Counted from the first letter of the whole stretch, positions 27,611-41,380 are shown. The stretch is DNA of 63,741 bases, filler included, from Reticulomyxa filosa (GCA_000512085.1; 12 parts of 12 records of this genome joined end to end with filler, not necessarily neighbours in it), one strand, 5' to 3'. Notes: generated by a model from the sequence alone, not told the origin. Made by a program: numbers and translations.

Positions 27611-28926
27611 TTGTCATATAATGCAAACAGCTAATAAACAATTGTGACCAGGGCTGGATGGCAAAAATTATGTATGCACGATTAGAATGATCTCTTTTTT
27701 AATTTCCTAATTTTGATAACAATATTTTCGAATTTCTTTTTTTTTTTTGAATTGTACTTCAAATTTTAATTTTTGTTTTCTCAATTGTGTTCTTTTGGTT
27801 TCTTCCTATTGTTTTGTTTTTTAAAAAACTGACAATAGAAAAAAAAAATGAAAGATTCTATTGAAATTGAAGTAGTTGAATGTTGTTCCACATTTTGAAA
27901 TGCTTTTATACCTAACTTAAAATATAATTCTATTTTTTCAATCAAATACTCGTTTAATTTGGCATTATAACTGCTAAGTGTTACATTCAAATAGTTTAAA
28001 TCAATATTCAAATGGCCCAAACAATTACTTATATCTCCTGGTCACACTACTTTGCTTTTATTTTTTCTGATGTTCTGGTTCATGTCTTAATTGATCTTAT
28101 CCTTGTACCAATCTGCTTTTACTATATTGGCAATTTGTTTGCAAATTAGACAAAAATCTTGGATATCTTCATTTCCACTTGACTGTCCTGGAAATTGGGC
28201 TCCCCGATTTTAGCTTTTTCACTTTCTTTCTCTTGTTTATTCAGTTTTTCTAAAATTTTATTTTTATTTAAGATATTTCGAATAAAGTTTCATAGGTATT
28301 TTGTGAAAAATAAAGAGGCCTTTTTCGTTTCTGAGTATAATGGATATTCGATTGTATAAAAATTTTAAACAATGACTTTCAATTGTTATTCATTCATAAA
28401 AAAGCATAAAAAATAAGAAGTTAAGAATAGATTAATAAAAACTAATTTCAAATTTCTTTTGTCCAATTCATTTTTAATTTTATTCAAGAACTGTTAATAT
28501 AAAACAGAAGCAAAGAGTAAATGATCGACAATAATATTTTTTACTTAAATGCAGTCAACAATATTTTCCAGCGAAATGTTAGTCTAAACGAAGATATGCA
28601 TTGCGTAATAAATTGTTGTTATGAATATTGCAAGATCCTTCAAACTTTTCTGCCAGATTATTATAGAGAGCAAATTTTAAATGAACCTACAGGAAATTTC
28701 AAGGATAGATTTGAAATTTCATATAAGTGCTAGGATTTAGATAGTGTCAATTCTTTGAAACAATAAAACGCTTTTTCGTTTTTAGATCTCCGTTATTATT
28801 AACAATACAGTTAACTTCAGTACGGTAACTGACGAGGAACCAATTTCGAAAATAGATAAAATTTATCCTTTTTGTTTTGCAAAATTGGGATTCATTCACA
28901 ATTTAGCTCACTTCATTTTAATAGCA

Positions 28927-30135
28927 ATGGGAAGTTATATAGCCATGTCTTCAACATACAAGCCATCACAAATAAGTGAACTTGATATGCTGCACGTGTA
29001 TTCGGTAATCATAAGTTGTAACAAGCAAAAAAAAAACGTCCAACTACGAGATCACAACAATTCTATTTGATTAAAAAAAAACTTAGCGTGAAGAACAAAT
29101 ATGGATAATATTAAACTATTGGGTTCGCTCTGCGTCAATTCAAAGAGGATGGATTGACGACTTCAACAAAATTGTTTCAAAATACGTTAAGGTGTATTAA
29201 ATGGTTTAGCACTTTTTTTGTGTTGAAATTTCAATTATCAAATTCAATAGACTAAATATTTTAAATTTTGGAAGGAATTTAGACAGCACGATGACAGCGT
29301 AACGAGTGTAAAATTTTCACCTGATAATACTAAAATAATTTCCTCATCATGGGATAAAACAGTACGGATATGGGATATTGCCTCAGGGAAGGACGTGCAC
29401 ATATTGAAAGGACACTTAGGTTGGATTTATGATACACAGTTTTCACCGGACGGAAATATAATAGTTTCATGCTCCCAAGATAAGACAATTCGTTTTTGGG
29501 ATGCAATGTCTGGGAGAGAAGTAAAAAAATTTGAAGGATATTTACAATATATTTCAAAGGCCCATTTTTCACCAGATGGTCACACAATTGTATTAGGCTC
29601 ATCAGATAAAACAATTCAAATATGGGATGTAAAGACTGGGAAAATAGTAAAACGGATGGAAGGACACTCACTTCATCTAACAGATGTGCAATTTTCGCCA
29701 GATGGACAATTGGTTGTTTCGGCATCTTTTGACAAGACAATTGGGATATGGAATGTGCAATCATGTAAGAGAATGCATGAATTGACCGGTCATTCCAATA
29801 TTGTATGGAGAACCCGATTTTCTCCTGATGGTGGCTTTATCGCATCCTGTTCCAGTGATAAAACTATCCGAATATGGGACGTGGAATCAGGAAGAGAAGT
29901 GAAAACATTGGAAGGGCATTCAGATGGGGTTAAGGATATCCAATACTCAGCAGATGGCCAAACTGTTGTATCTTGCTCATTTGACAAAACAATTCGTTTA
30001 TGGGATGTGAAAACGGGACTAGAATTACAAAAATTGGAAGGCCATTCTAATTATCCTACAGGAGTAGATATTGCACCAGATGGTAACACAATTGTATCAT
30101 CCTCCATTGATAAAACAATTCTACTGTGGCATTAA
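28927..30135 (+). CDS. WD40-repeat protein (7 blades) with N-terminal lineage-specific module
   Basis: Exons ~28927-29003, 29087-29191 and 29251-30135. Regular GH...FSPDG...[10 protein letters not shown] repeats. Confidence 0.92.
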
Positions 30136-31569
30136 AATTTTCCAATAGCTAGGCCTTTGATTAAAGAAAAATAGTTATATTTGGAATATATGCCAAATGT
30201 TACAACTTCCTTTTGCTTGAGCACTTAGATTATAAGCAACTGCGAAATTTTTCTAAAAACAGCGTATTGCACGATGCTCTTATTTTTTGCATAATTGTTT
30301 TTTTTTCATTGATTGGTATCATTCGATTGTCTTTAAATAGATTCCAATTCATATTTCAATTGATCACAATAAAGATTCTATAAAATTAATCCTTATAAAC
30401 ATTTGCAATTTTATTCATGAAAACTTAATATTTCAAATTTTTTATAATATTGAAAGCAAAATAAAATGAGTGATGTTCTTAACTTTTAATATCTAAACGA
30501 ATTTTTTCATACTTTTATTAAAACTCAAATATAATTTTAGATAGAGATAATCAATTTTCTCCATTAAGAACAACACTTAGAAATTTTTTAAAATATCTTC
30601 GAATCGTAGTTCTTAAATATGACTTTGCTTTTATTTTATCTTTCCTAATTGTTGAAAAATTTAAATCCTTTTTACGACACAATTTTCGTTTTTTAAGAGA
30701 GTTGTACATTTTAAGTTTTTTTGAAGATTTTTTTGTTATTTTTGTTGGTATTTAAATTCTTTTGTTCATTTTATTTTTATTATTAGATTTTTCTTTTTGC
30801 ATTTGTAGCTTTAAGTAAAGTTCTTTGATGTTCTTTTTTACTCTCTAAGATTACTATAATAACCAAAATGTTTACTTTGGAAAAAGAAAATCTTTTGAAA
30901 GTTTGATTTATTTGTTTTTAAGCAGTGTCTACAATCAAGCCAACTTAATGCTATTGTAGTATCGTGGTAATATATTCATCTCATTCGTTTCATGTTATAC
31001 AGTTAAACCAAGCATATTTATTGCTGAATTTGAAATGTGTCGGCTAAGGTGAAACTTGAAAAATAACAAAGAAAACATAATAATACGATGATAATAATGA
31101 TGGCAGTGACATCAAAGCAATCAAAACATTAACGAACATTCACAACATATACACAATCTTAGAATGATTGTTTCAGCCAAATTTAAAAAAATCGTTTCGC
31201 TATAAATTGTTGGGCGGAAGACTTGGAGAACAAATTATTGTCAGTTTTCATTGACTTGTTTGAAAAGAAGTCGTAGTACGATATCCGCACACAGAAACAG
31301 ACAGTTGCATCAAAACTCTTTTTTTGAACGTATCACTTTCTATCAAAAAACATAGGATGTTACTTTTTTGTCTCTATGGATATCTGTTTTGTGCTTTGTT
31401 ATTTCGCTTATCGTTGCGTTTTATTTGGTTGAAGGTTGTTGCATAAGTAAGCTAACAATTTTGTCTTATCTCAAAAAAACTTATTCTTTGCAAAAAAATG
31501 AATAGTTGCAGGTAAGAAAGAGATCGAGAGAGGAGAGACAAAAAAACCTATTCTGGAATAATTTGATAA

Positions 31570-33177
31570 TTATGAATCACTGTGTTTGAAAAAAAGGTCT
31601 TCTTTTTGAGACGTTGCCTGTTCCAATTTTTGCTGCATAACTTCATGTTGACTGTGCACGTGCCCCTAAAAAAAAAAAAAAGACAGTTTGATTTTAACGA
31701 TAGGACAACATAAACAGAACAAAAGTTTCTTAACTAAATACACCAACAAATCAGTGTGAGTTTCCTCTAATTTATTGCATTCTATCTGCAAAGTTTTGAT
31801 CTGGTTTTCCAAAGCAACAATTTCTTGATTTTGATGAGATGCTTGGTGTTGTTCGTTGGTGATTTTCTCTTGCAATTTCATTTCATTCAGTGTATACAAT
31901 TCACCTAATTTTTTATTGGAACCTTGGAGTTGCGTAACTCTGTTTTTGACATCACTCAATTCTTGTGTCAACAAGCGCAGTTCATTGGCACAGCGCTGTT
32001 GTTCTTGGTCATTGGACGGCAACGCAGAAGAGGGAGAGGACAAAGTATGGAGCACTTGTGATTTTTCAAGGGAAATTTGTTGTGTCAACTCCTTCATCTC
32101 AAGTTTTAATTGTTCATTTTCCAAAAGTAGTTTGTCCAATGCTTTGTTTGCCTCCTGTTCATTCTTTTGGATGGTCGTAGTGGAGTGGATTGACTCTTGT
32201 CTACATATATGTATATATGTATGTATATATTATCCCTTCTTTCTTTGAAAAAATTTTTTTTTTTTTTACGAATAAAAAAAACCGTTGTTGATGGGTGTCA
32301 CTTGTTCTTTGGATCTGTGGAGACTTGGATAAAAGAGAAATGATTCTGTTGTCGACGACGGAGAAAATGGATTGGAAATTTTGGACAAAGGCATAGTCAA
32401 AGTAGTCCATTTTGGTGAGATTGATAGAGCTGATGGAGACAAAGGAAAGCAAGGGTGACAATTTGTTTTTAAGAAAAGACAATTCATTAGACGACTTGGA
32501 GAGATCGTACTTGAGTTTGGTCATGTCCTCACATTTGTCGATCCATTCCAAATTCGACTTAAACTTATCCAAGCCAATTTGGTTGGAAATGACATCCAAT
32601 AGATACTCGCCACTGCCATTGCCACTGTTCAATTCACGCGCCGACTCCAAACATATGGCCACGATATACGTAGACAAGCCGCGAATATAAATATTATTAC
32701 TTTCCATTCGCCCTTGATGCGTCAACGTGATAAGTGTAGGAAACAGATCGGATCTTTTGTTGTTCAATAACTGGACAATGCATGCTTTGGACTGAAAGCA
32801 CCAGTGGGATAGCAGCAGCAGCAATCCCACGGAAATGCGCTCGTCGATTCCGTTATGCACGTTCGTGCACACCACGAGCAAAGAGTCGATGAGCATATCC
32901 GTCAAAGCCACACACTCCACCGCCAATTGTTTGCTCTCGCTATTGTCACGCAACGCCGCAATCAGCATTTGAATGCAAGTCCAATACATCACCGGGTCTC
33001 CAAAGGCCCTGCTGATGTTGCTGTTGCTATTGCTGTTGCTGTTATTGGCTTTTTCTATGTTTTCCAATGACATAAACGATCATACATCATCTGGCCAATT
33101 GCAATCAGCATTCCATTGGTTTTCATTGGATGGTTTGGTTGTTCGCCATTCTAATATTATCATATGTATAAATATAT

Positions 33178-33208
<31 letters not shown>

Positions 33209-34366
33209 ATGTATGTAACTGCAGCGTAAACAAGTCCTTGAACGATGGCCAATTGTAGCTTTGGATTGCGATATAATAGACTTTGAAAGAGAAAAGGAGT
33301 GAAATAAGTAAATAACCAAATCAACTCGTACTTTTCTTGGAAAATGACTTGCATGACTTCGCTGAACATGTGATACTGTTGATCGGTTTTCATTTCGTGC
33401 TTGCCTCGTGTTTCCCCGCCAATGGTGATGCTCAGCCACAATAGCCATGGGTTAACCAAGTAGCTGTCCTCTGCGTGATACTTCATCTTCGGCACATGCG
33501 TGACAGCATCTCTGCCAATGTACACTGGCGAGATTTTCAGTTGCAAGCTGTCCTCCTGGTTGCGTCCGTGACCATACATGACCGTTGTAATTATGTACAA
33601 GAGTTTCCATTTCAAATTGTACTCATCGCATTGCAGCATTGTATCGTCATCGTGTTCCACTTCATTAGCATTTCCATGCTCTTCTTCTTCTTGTTCTTCT
33701 TCTTGTCCTTCGTCGTGTCCCTCATAGTCGTTTGAATGCTTGCCATTGCTGGGGATGACAAAATTGAACAGCAGACTCCACAGTGATGGCATCATGGACG
33801 CCAAAGCATTCTGCGTGCTCACGTCTTCTCCGCATCCCTGAACCAACGAGGTCAAGATGTCCACGGTGTCGTTTACAATCTCCCATTGGTTTCTGTCTGT
33901 TCAACAAAAAAAAAAAAAAACAAAAAAAAAACTAGTATTTTGCATATGTTATAATAACATATAATATGCGATATGTAATATGCAATATGCAATATGTGGA
34001 GATATATACATAGGAACACACATATACAATATATATATATATATATTATATATCTATATATGTATATGTATATATATAATATACAAAGAAAATAGGTTGA
34101 ATATGACATCTCTTCATAGCATTCCTTCAAATCGTGTAGGCTTAAGCAAAGGGAGCAATCGACAAACCAATTGCGACGACACAAAGTCTTGTTGATTGCT
34201 GACATTAATGCGCCAATCCAACAGCTGTTTGATAAGCAGCAAAGTGTCCTGAATGACTTGATCTCCGTCAATACCGTTTTCCTCTTCCAGCATTATATTC
34301 AATAGTTTTTCTAAAGATCCGTCAAATACGATCAATCTGCTGAGTGATGCAATTTTGTTGTAATTA

Positions 34367-34413
<47 letters not shown>

Positions 34414-35233
34414 GTTGTTGTTGCTATTAATAGTATTAATATTATTGAGAATAGTACTATTTGCACTCTTGTCATTGTCTAGTGTCTCGATCGCAGTCTT
34501 CTGGTCATTATCCAAACGGGTCAAATAAATCAATAAAACAATGACGGAATTGCGGATCATTTCGTTGTGGCCAGTTAACAAACTGCAAATATGGGGAATG
34601 GCTGCATTGGTACTGTTTGCCATTTCATTGACCATTTTGTCTTGCTCGCACATCGCCAAGACGACCAACAACTGCAATATGTTGTACGACATTTCCACGT
34701 CGTTCATTGTCAGTATTCGGATCAGTTTTGATACGCGCTCTTTCAAATTCGTTTTCACAAATATCCCTATGTTCCGTTGATAATAATACTCGCCACTCTT
34801 TTCATCCCTTGCTATGCTCTCTGTATCAAATGCCTTTTTTTTTTTTTTCACATTTTTGTATAATTGTGTTAAAGTTGTTTTTTTATTATGTTATCATTTT
34901 TCTTTATTTGGATACTTTTTTTTTTTTTACTTGTGGTGGTGACAACATGAGGGTCATTAATATTTCTAAGCAGAGGTGAATTATGTCCTTTTCTTCGCTC
35001 AGTGACACCACATTCGAATCGCTGCTGCTCAGCAGAACTTGGTCTATTATTGTCGGAATTGCTTGCTTCCCCACTTCCAATGGCTTGCTTTGTGACAGCT
35101 CATTCAACTCCTCCAACGCCTTTAATTTATCTTCCAATAAAGTACTTGTTTGCAGTGCTGATAAACGGCTTATCAATAATGATGATATGTCCGGATTGCC
35201 TTTTCCGCTTCCTCCAAAGAACCACGCACTCAT
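31570..35233 (-). CDS. USO1: General vesicular transport factor p115/Uso1 (multi-exon)
   Basis: TSTLLEDKLKALEEL..LEVGKQAIPTII, MIRNSVIVLLIYLT, IVFDGSLEKLLNIMLEEENGIDGDQVIQDTLLLIKQLL and VGLLLLLSHW match the p115 head. Followed by a C-terminal coiled coil. Confidence 0.9.
34363..34423. repeat. (TTA/TTG)n microsatellite encoding polyN in USO1
   Basis: Seen directly. Confidence 0.9.
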
Positions 35234-35715
35234 TTATAATGCAAGTATTTTTTTTTATGTTTGCTCAGTTCTTAGAAGCACAACAGCCTTTTCCCTTGGG
35301 AATACTTTTGAAGCTCTGTCCGAGAGTCTTTACTCTTTTTTTCTTCACTTTCACTTTTTCCGCAAATTTACCTTACGCTTCAAAATTAAAATTTGTTTGC
35401 AATCAACACCTCAAAAACGTTCAAGGAGCAAAAAGAAAAAAAATGGAGTGACTGACAACTGATCAGTGAGAGATGAGTGAACAAACAGAGAGATCATTGT
35501 TCAAAACGACTTTGTTCGATATTTTTAAATCAGATCTGTCGCCTCAGCAAGTGGAACTTGCAAAAAAAGAGTTTAGTGGTTTGAATGATTATTTGTTGTT
35601 TGTGTTTGTGTTCATATCCAGCATGATGAAAGGACTAGTCTAAGACCAAACAAAACACAGGGAAAAGATCATGGGTAGAGAAAATAAGAAGGAAAAAAAG
35701 AAAGAAAATAATAAA

Positions 35716-37714
35716 ATGAAATGGAGCATAGTAATGAATCTAATCAAATTGTTGACGAGCAAGACCACGTCAACTCCAAAACAACTGCGAGACGAACTAG
35801 CAAAATTACAAAGCCTCGAATTATCAAGTGACGAAAATGAAGCGTTGCAAGCACTAATCAAATTGAAACAGTTTTAGTATGGGACAATAAAGGGAGTAGA
35901 ATTGAAAGGCCGAGAGACTCTATTTTTTGTTTGCATAACCTCCAAATTTGTAGTGACAGCACATTTTTGTTTCATCAACAAAAACAAATGGATAAATGAA
36001 TAAACAGAAAAGATCAGATATTGGAAAAGAAAGTCGAAGATCAGTCGTCCGTGTCAATAAACAACGAAGTGTTGGATCGTATGTTGGTGTTCAACGTTCG
36101 CTCCAAGTTTCTATCAGTCGCCGAATCGACTGAAGAATTTACAGCCATTCGACAAGAAACATACAAAGATGTTCAGTTGTACATACATTCACACAAAAAT
36201 ATAAATATGATGCAAATACAGCTATATCAAAAACAAAGGCACAAACAGAATTAATGAAATGGCTCGGAACAGAACAGGAACAATTGGCAAGACCCGAACG
36301 ACTCGAGAGATGTCAACAATTGCTGTTTGATCTTTTGCAGGCCGTTTATAATACCATTAAAAAATACAAAACGGAGGTATACTTGCAAATTAAAGACATT
36401 TTGGGAATAAAACATATAATCTCTAAAACCCCACCGAGTAACGACAAAACCAAGGAACAACAAGAAAAGGAATTAACCCAATACATATTCCAATTTTATT
36501 TGAGAAAATATTCCACAGAACTACTTGATTTTTACCAAGAAAAATTTAAAGAGCAAGAATTTAAAGAGCAAGGCAAATTTAAAAATCAAGACCAGGTTAT
36601 GCAAGACTGGACACAACAAAATAGTCGCAATGGTCAACCCATTACATTTCCATCGTTACTAGTTTTTTTTTCTTTTGTTTTGATTGAATAAAGAGATAGA
36701 GAGATAGATAAAGGACAATGTTATACAAACCAAACAAAACATTAATCATAATCAATACAATACAATATAATACAATACAATACAATGAAATTAAAAAAAT
36801 ATAGAGAAGTGTCTGAAAAGATAAGACAATTTATCGATGAGGTGAAAAAATGGAGTTGGCATGCAATCTTGCAAGAACCCGAACTGGAGCTTTTTCCTCA
36901 ACAGTTCAAGATGGTCGACCGTGATGGACAACGCATACCGTTTAATGAGAGAATACATAAAAAAACGCATGGCAGTGACGGCAAAAGTCAATTGATTTTG
37001 TATTGTGTGTGGCCTTCTCTGCGTCAACAAGGATGTGCCAACCAAGATGTCCATATTGAAGTCGTTGTCCGAGATAATCTCCAAGGCCAAACTGGAGCCA
37101 CTCCAAATCCAAGTAAGACATGTGTGTTGCTTTTCAAACATTACATTTTCAAATATCGATAGAGTCAGATGTGTTTCAATGTTTAATGCAAACGAGGATA
37201 GGTGCGATACAGCAGCCAGATGATATAAAAAAAGACAACAACACAGTTAAAACAAAACAACTCTGCAAAACAATATACATTTGTTTTGTGTTTTGCTTTG
37301 GTTGTGAATTCACATTGTATCAAAGGCTGTGCAAAGACAAACTAACTCACAAACCGAAGGACCTTCAAGCAATTTAATCAATGCGACAATCAATGACTGT
37401 TGGAATACAATCACAGATGGATCCAAAAGCAGCAATGAACATCCAACTACGACGGAAAACAAAAGTGAAGAGTCAAGCTCAGGGTCTCAAGTTACTATCT
37501 CTTTTTTTGTTGTTGGCATTCGACACGACACGTGGCAGGCACAACAATGTGTTTGAGAGATCAGCACATATTAGAGGAGAGTTTATCAAAATACAGATGG
37601 AGAAAGAGGGAATACTGTATTATTTGCTTTAGGAATTATTCAAACAGAAAAATAACAAAAATGGTAGTTCCAGTTTGGAAGAAAATGCCAGAACCACCGC
37701 TTTTGTTGCTTTAG
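35716..37714 (+). CDS. Multi-exon protein with MIEAP/SPATA18-C-like domain
   Basis: FIDEVKKWSWHAILQEPEL...PFNERIHKKTHGSDGKSQLILYCVWPSL...IEVVV. Start and 3' end uncertain. Confidence 0.55.
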
Positions 37715-37990
37715 AAGCAAACTAGTTAAGAAAAACAAAGTCAGTTTTTTTAGCCATTTGTGTATTTTTTGCAATATTCTTGGTAGTTCTGCCGGAAGAG
37801 TTGTGGAGAAAAGACCCTTAAGTGGAAATCGTCTTGATGGAAATAACAAAAAATAATGAGTGTATGAAAAATTTTGTGAAGAAAGAAATCACTCGCAAAA
37901 ATTGCCTGTTTTTTTGCATTGTAGAAAAATTGTTTCAGTTTTTTGTTTTAATATTTCAACCATGACTTACATTTCCAAACAGGTTTTTTA

Positions 37991-39248
37991 CTAATCACTG
38001 AGACAATCTTCGACATTTTCGACATTTTGATTTTCTGCAAGTACTTTTTTTTCCAATTGACTTGACACCTGTTAAAACAAAAAAAATAGCATATTGATGT
38101 GGTATTTTATAAGTAACATTTTTACATAAAAATAAAATGAACACCCAGAAGTCCTAAGAATGTTATAGTCGACAAATAAACAAAGAATAGCATAACTATT
38201 TGGGCTGAAGAGACTTTAGGCTGATGTATGGTGTCCATAAGGACACGAATTGAGTCAGCAACCCTTAAATTTGTACTACATAAGTTTTTGAATTCATCCA
38301 AGTTAATGTTTTCCAAAGTATTGCTTACAGCCAATTTTTCTTTGGATTGTTGAAGTTCTATTTCTAATCTTTGCTTATCATTTGTTAGTGTGTCTAATTT
38401 TGCTTTCATTGACTGCTCATTAACTTGAATTGCAGTTAATTTTTCTGTTTTTATAAAATTATCTTTCTTAAGCTCAAGGTTATTGTCTTCCAGAATTTTA
38501 ATCTTATTAACATGGTTTGCAAGTTGTTCATTAAGTTGAGATATTTGTTCATTCAGGTCATGGTTCAGTTCACGACAGCGGTGATATTCTTCGCCCAGCA
38601 TTCGAAGTTCATTTTTAGCGTTTTGTAGATCATCTGTTACTTGTTTAACTCTTTGTTGTAATGACTGGGTTTCATGGCGCAATGATACAATAGTATCACT
38701 CCACCTTTGTGCCGACTTTTTATTTTCTTGTTTTTCTCTGGCCTCTTCTCTCAACGAAACCTCCAACTCCAAAATACTTTTCCTTAAATTCTTTCCAGTT
38801 TCGTCATATTTTTTGCTAAGCTCTTTCTCTTGTTCCAAATCTATTTCCAATTTTTTAACTCTATGTTGCAAGGAATGAATTTCATCTTTCAATTGAAAAG
38901 TTGAAGCTTTTAGTGCGGATATCTCTTCTTCTTTCAATGTAATTGTCTCTTTGAACTCCAAATTTTCAGCCTCTACTTTTTTACGTAGCTCCACTGCCTC
39001 TTCTTTTTGAGCTGTAATTTCATTTACACTTTTGCGAAGAGTCGCAATGTTATCTTTTAACTCGTCTAAATTCTTATTATTTTCCACGCGATAGTCACGA
39101 AACTTTTCGCTCGCTTGCTCAACCAATTGCGTCTTTTCAGTCAATTTTTCTTCGATTTTTTCGATTTTTTTTTCAAGTTTTAGTTTTTCCTTTTTTTTTT
39201 TTTTTATATGCATGCAAACCTTTGACTTTGCTATCTTTTTTTTTTTTT
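37991..39248 (-). CDS. Long coiled-coil protein, 3' part
   Basis: 363-aa heptad-rich ORF plus last exon ...KSIGKKVLAENQNVENVEDCLSD*. Confidence 0.75.
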
Positions 39249-39348
39249 NNNNNNNNNNNNNNNNNNNNNNNNNNNNNNNNNNNNNNNNNNNNTTAATTAA
39301 TTAANNNNNNNNNNNNNNNNNNNNNNNNNNNNNNNNNNNNNNNNNNNN
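39249..39348. other. Artificial contig linker
   Basis: N44-TTAATTAATTAA-N44. Confidence 0.98.
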
Positions 39349-39543
39349 TTTTGGGATATTCGATCAAATAAGAAAGAATTATATGTGATCGAGGGAAGTA
39401 ATTATGAAAATAATAGAATAGTATGTCTTAAATTTATATCATTGAAAAAGAAAGTAAATAATAATGAACAAAAATCAAAAGATGATTGTGATGTTCATTT
39501 ATATTATGGCTTAAGCAATGGTCGAATTTATGTTTGGGGATAA
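39349..39543 (+). pseudogene. C-terminal fragment of expanded WD40 family gene
   Basis: FWDIRSNKKELYVIEG...IVCLKFISLKKK...LSNGRIYVWG*, with a frameshift near the end. Confidence 0.7.
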
Positions 39544-39959
39544 ATTTTTTGTTTAAATTTACAAACTTTTTTTGAATTAAAAAGACATTATCAAAATTTA
39601 TTTTAATTTCAATTTTTAAAATGTAACATTTTTTTTTTTGCAAACAATGAAAAAATTCGGATTGATATTTGCATCAACTTTAAATATTATTTTGTATTGT
39701 ATCACAAACAAGACAAAGAAATATAAACAACAGACAACCTCGGAATGTGACCAAGTTAATGTTATGCACAATGCTAGCCTGAATTTTTGATAAGAAAGAG
39801 CATGTATTCAAATAAATGTGGACGAATGTTCTAAAGGTTTGTCATTTTTTTGGTTTTGACAGAAAGATAAGATTGATTATCGATTTAAAAAATCGATTGA
39901 AATGAATTTATACCACCAAATGATATACAACTTTTTAATTACACTCTCATATACATTTG

Positions 39960-40383
39960 CAGATGCTTTTTTTATATGTTTAGTTGCACATCAACCAAAA
40001 GATTATAAAATTTTTATTATTTATCTGGATCACATGATAAAAGTGTTCGTTTGTGGGATATTCGATCTGGTGAACAGATTCAATTGTTCAATGGACATAC
40101 AAATGAAGTATTTGATGTTGAATATTCACCATTTGTAATAAAGAATAGTGTTGGTAATTCGAATGTGATATGTTCTGAATCAAGTGATAATACAATTCGT
40201 TTTTGGGATATTCGATCAAATAAGAATGAATTGTATATGATCAAAGGAGATGCGAAAGAAGATGATGGAATATATTGTCTTAAATTTATTGGATTGAAAA
40301 AGAAAGATAAGACAAATAATGTTAAATATGATTTGAATTTATGTTATGGTTCAGACAAAGGTCACATTCGTATTTGGGGATAA
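39960..40383 (+). pseudogene. 5'-truncated WD40 family gene
   Basis: YLSGSHDKSVRLWDIRSGEQIQLFNGH...DNTIRFWDIRSNKNELY...LCYGSDKGHIRIWG*. Confidence 0.75.
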
Positions 40384-40483
40384 TTTACTTTTTTATCGAA
40401 TACGAAATGATAGTATTTTTTTTTTTGCAACGTTGATTAAAGGAAAGTAATGTGATATTAAACTTGTTTGATTTGATTGAATG

Positions 40484-40995
40484 TAGGCAGGTGCGAAACA
40501 GCTAAGGAAGTGAAAAAGATATTGGATGAAGATAGTGATATTCATGTTTTGTACGAAACAGTTACAAGGACTCAAGAAGAACGGTTTAATTGCTGTGACA
40601 AAGAAGAAAAAATCAAAACTAGAAGAAAGACATATTGTCGAAAGGCTTGAATTTGCAAACAAATACAAGCATTGAACCGTGGATGATTGGAAAAAGGTTA
40701 TTTTTTCAGATGAAACAAAGATTAATTTGTGTAGAAGTGATATTATCAAATATGCTTGGAAAAGGCCAGATCAAGGTTTGGTGGTGGTAGCATTATGGTT
40801 TGGGCTTGCTTTGGTGCAAAAGGTGTTGGACATGCATGCAAGATTGAAGGTAGAGTTAATTCTGAAATCTATAAAGAAATATTAAGTAATGAAATGCTAA
40901 ACAGCATACAGTATTGTTTAGAAGATGAAAAATATTGCAACGACTTAATTGCATCCATGCCAAGAAGAGTCCAAGCTGTAATTGATGCCAAATGA
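40484..40995 (+). mobile_element. Degenerate Tc1/mariner (Tc1-like DDE) transposase relic
   Basis: ETVTRT/KKNGL..KKKSKLEERHIVERLEFANKYKH*TVDDWKKVIFSDETKI, GGGSIMVWACFG and LIASMPRRVQAVIDAK. It has a stop, frameshifts and an internal deletion of the QDN and PDLNPIE catalytic blocks. No TIRs seen. Confidence 0.9.
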
Positions 40996-41058
40996 AAACC
41001 AATAAAATGGTAACAAATAAAACTTTTAAATTTTATTGCTAAAATTTACAAAAATCAT

Positions 41059-41380
41059 ATGAAAAAGATTAATTCAAAGAATGAATTGTTATTGTTGGAT
41101 GGATTTGATGAAATTGCAAATGAATTGAAAAGGATACTGGTTCACAACAATGGTTGCAACATTGCACCGTCAATGAAAATTATTGTGTGATAATGACAAG
41201 TCGTCCCAATACAATATGTTCATATCTGAATAATCCACAAATATTAAATGTAATTGGATTCCAATCACAAGATATTCAAAATTATGTTAATACCTATTTC
41301 AAAAATACTCAATAACTGCCAAGCAGATTTATTGATAAAAAAAATTGAATGAAGTTTGAAATGATTGGGCCACACACCTT
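41059..41380 (+). pseudogene. NACHT NTPase fragment
   Basis: Walker B LLLLDGFDEI, sensor-1 VIMTSRP and LNVIGFQSQDIQNYVNTYF. Frameshifted, with no Walker A. Confidence 0.8.

Noticed and set aside
27781-28020. Fragment vaguely resembling VPS13
   Set aside because: Too short and degenerate to support a call.
30949-31015. tRNA-like start GCTATTGTAGTATCGTGGTAA (A-box-like)
   Set aside because: No convincing anticodon stem, T-arm GTTCRA or acceptor pairing.
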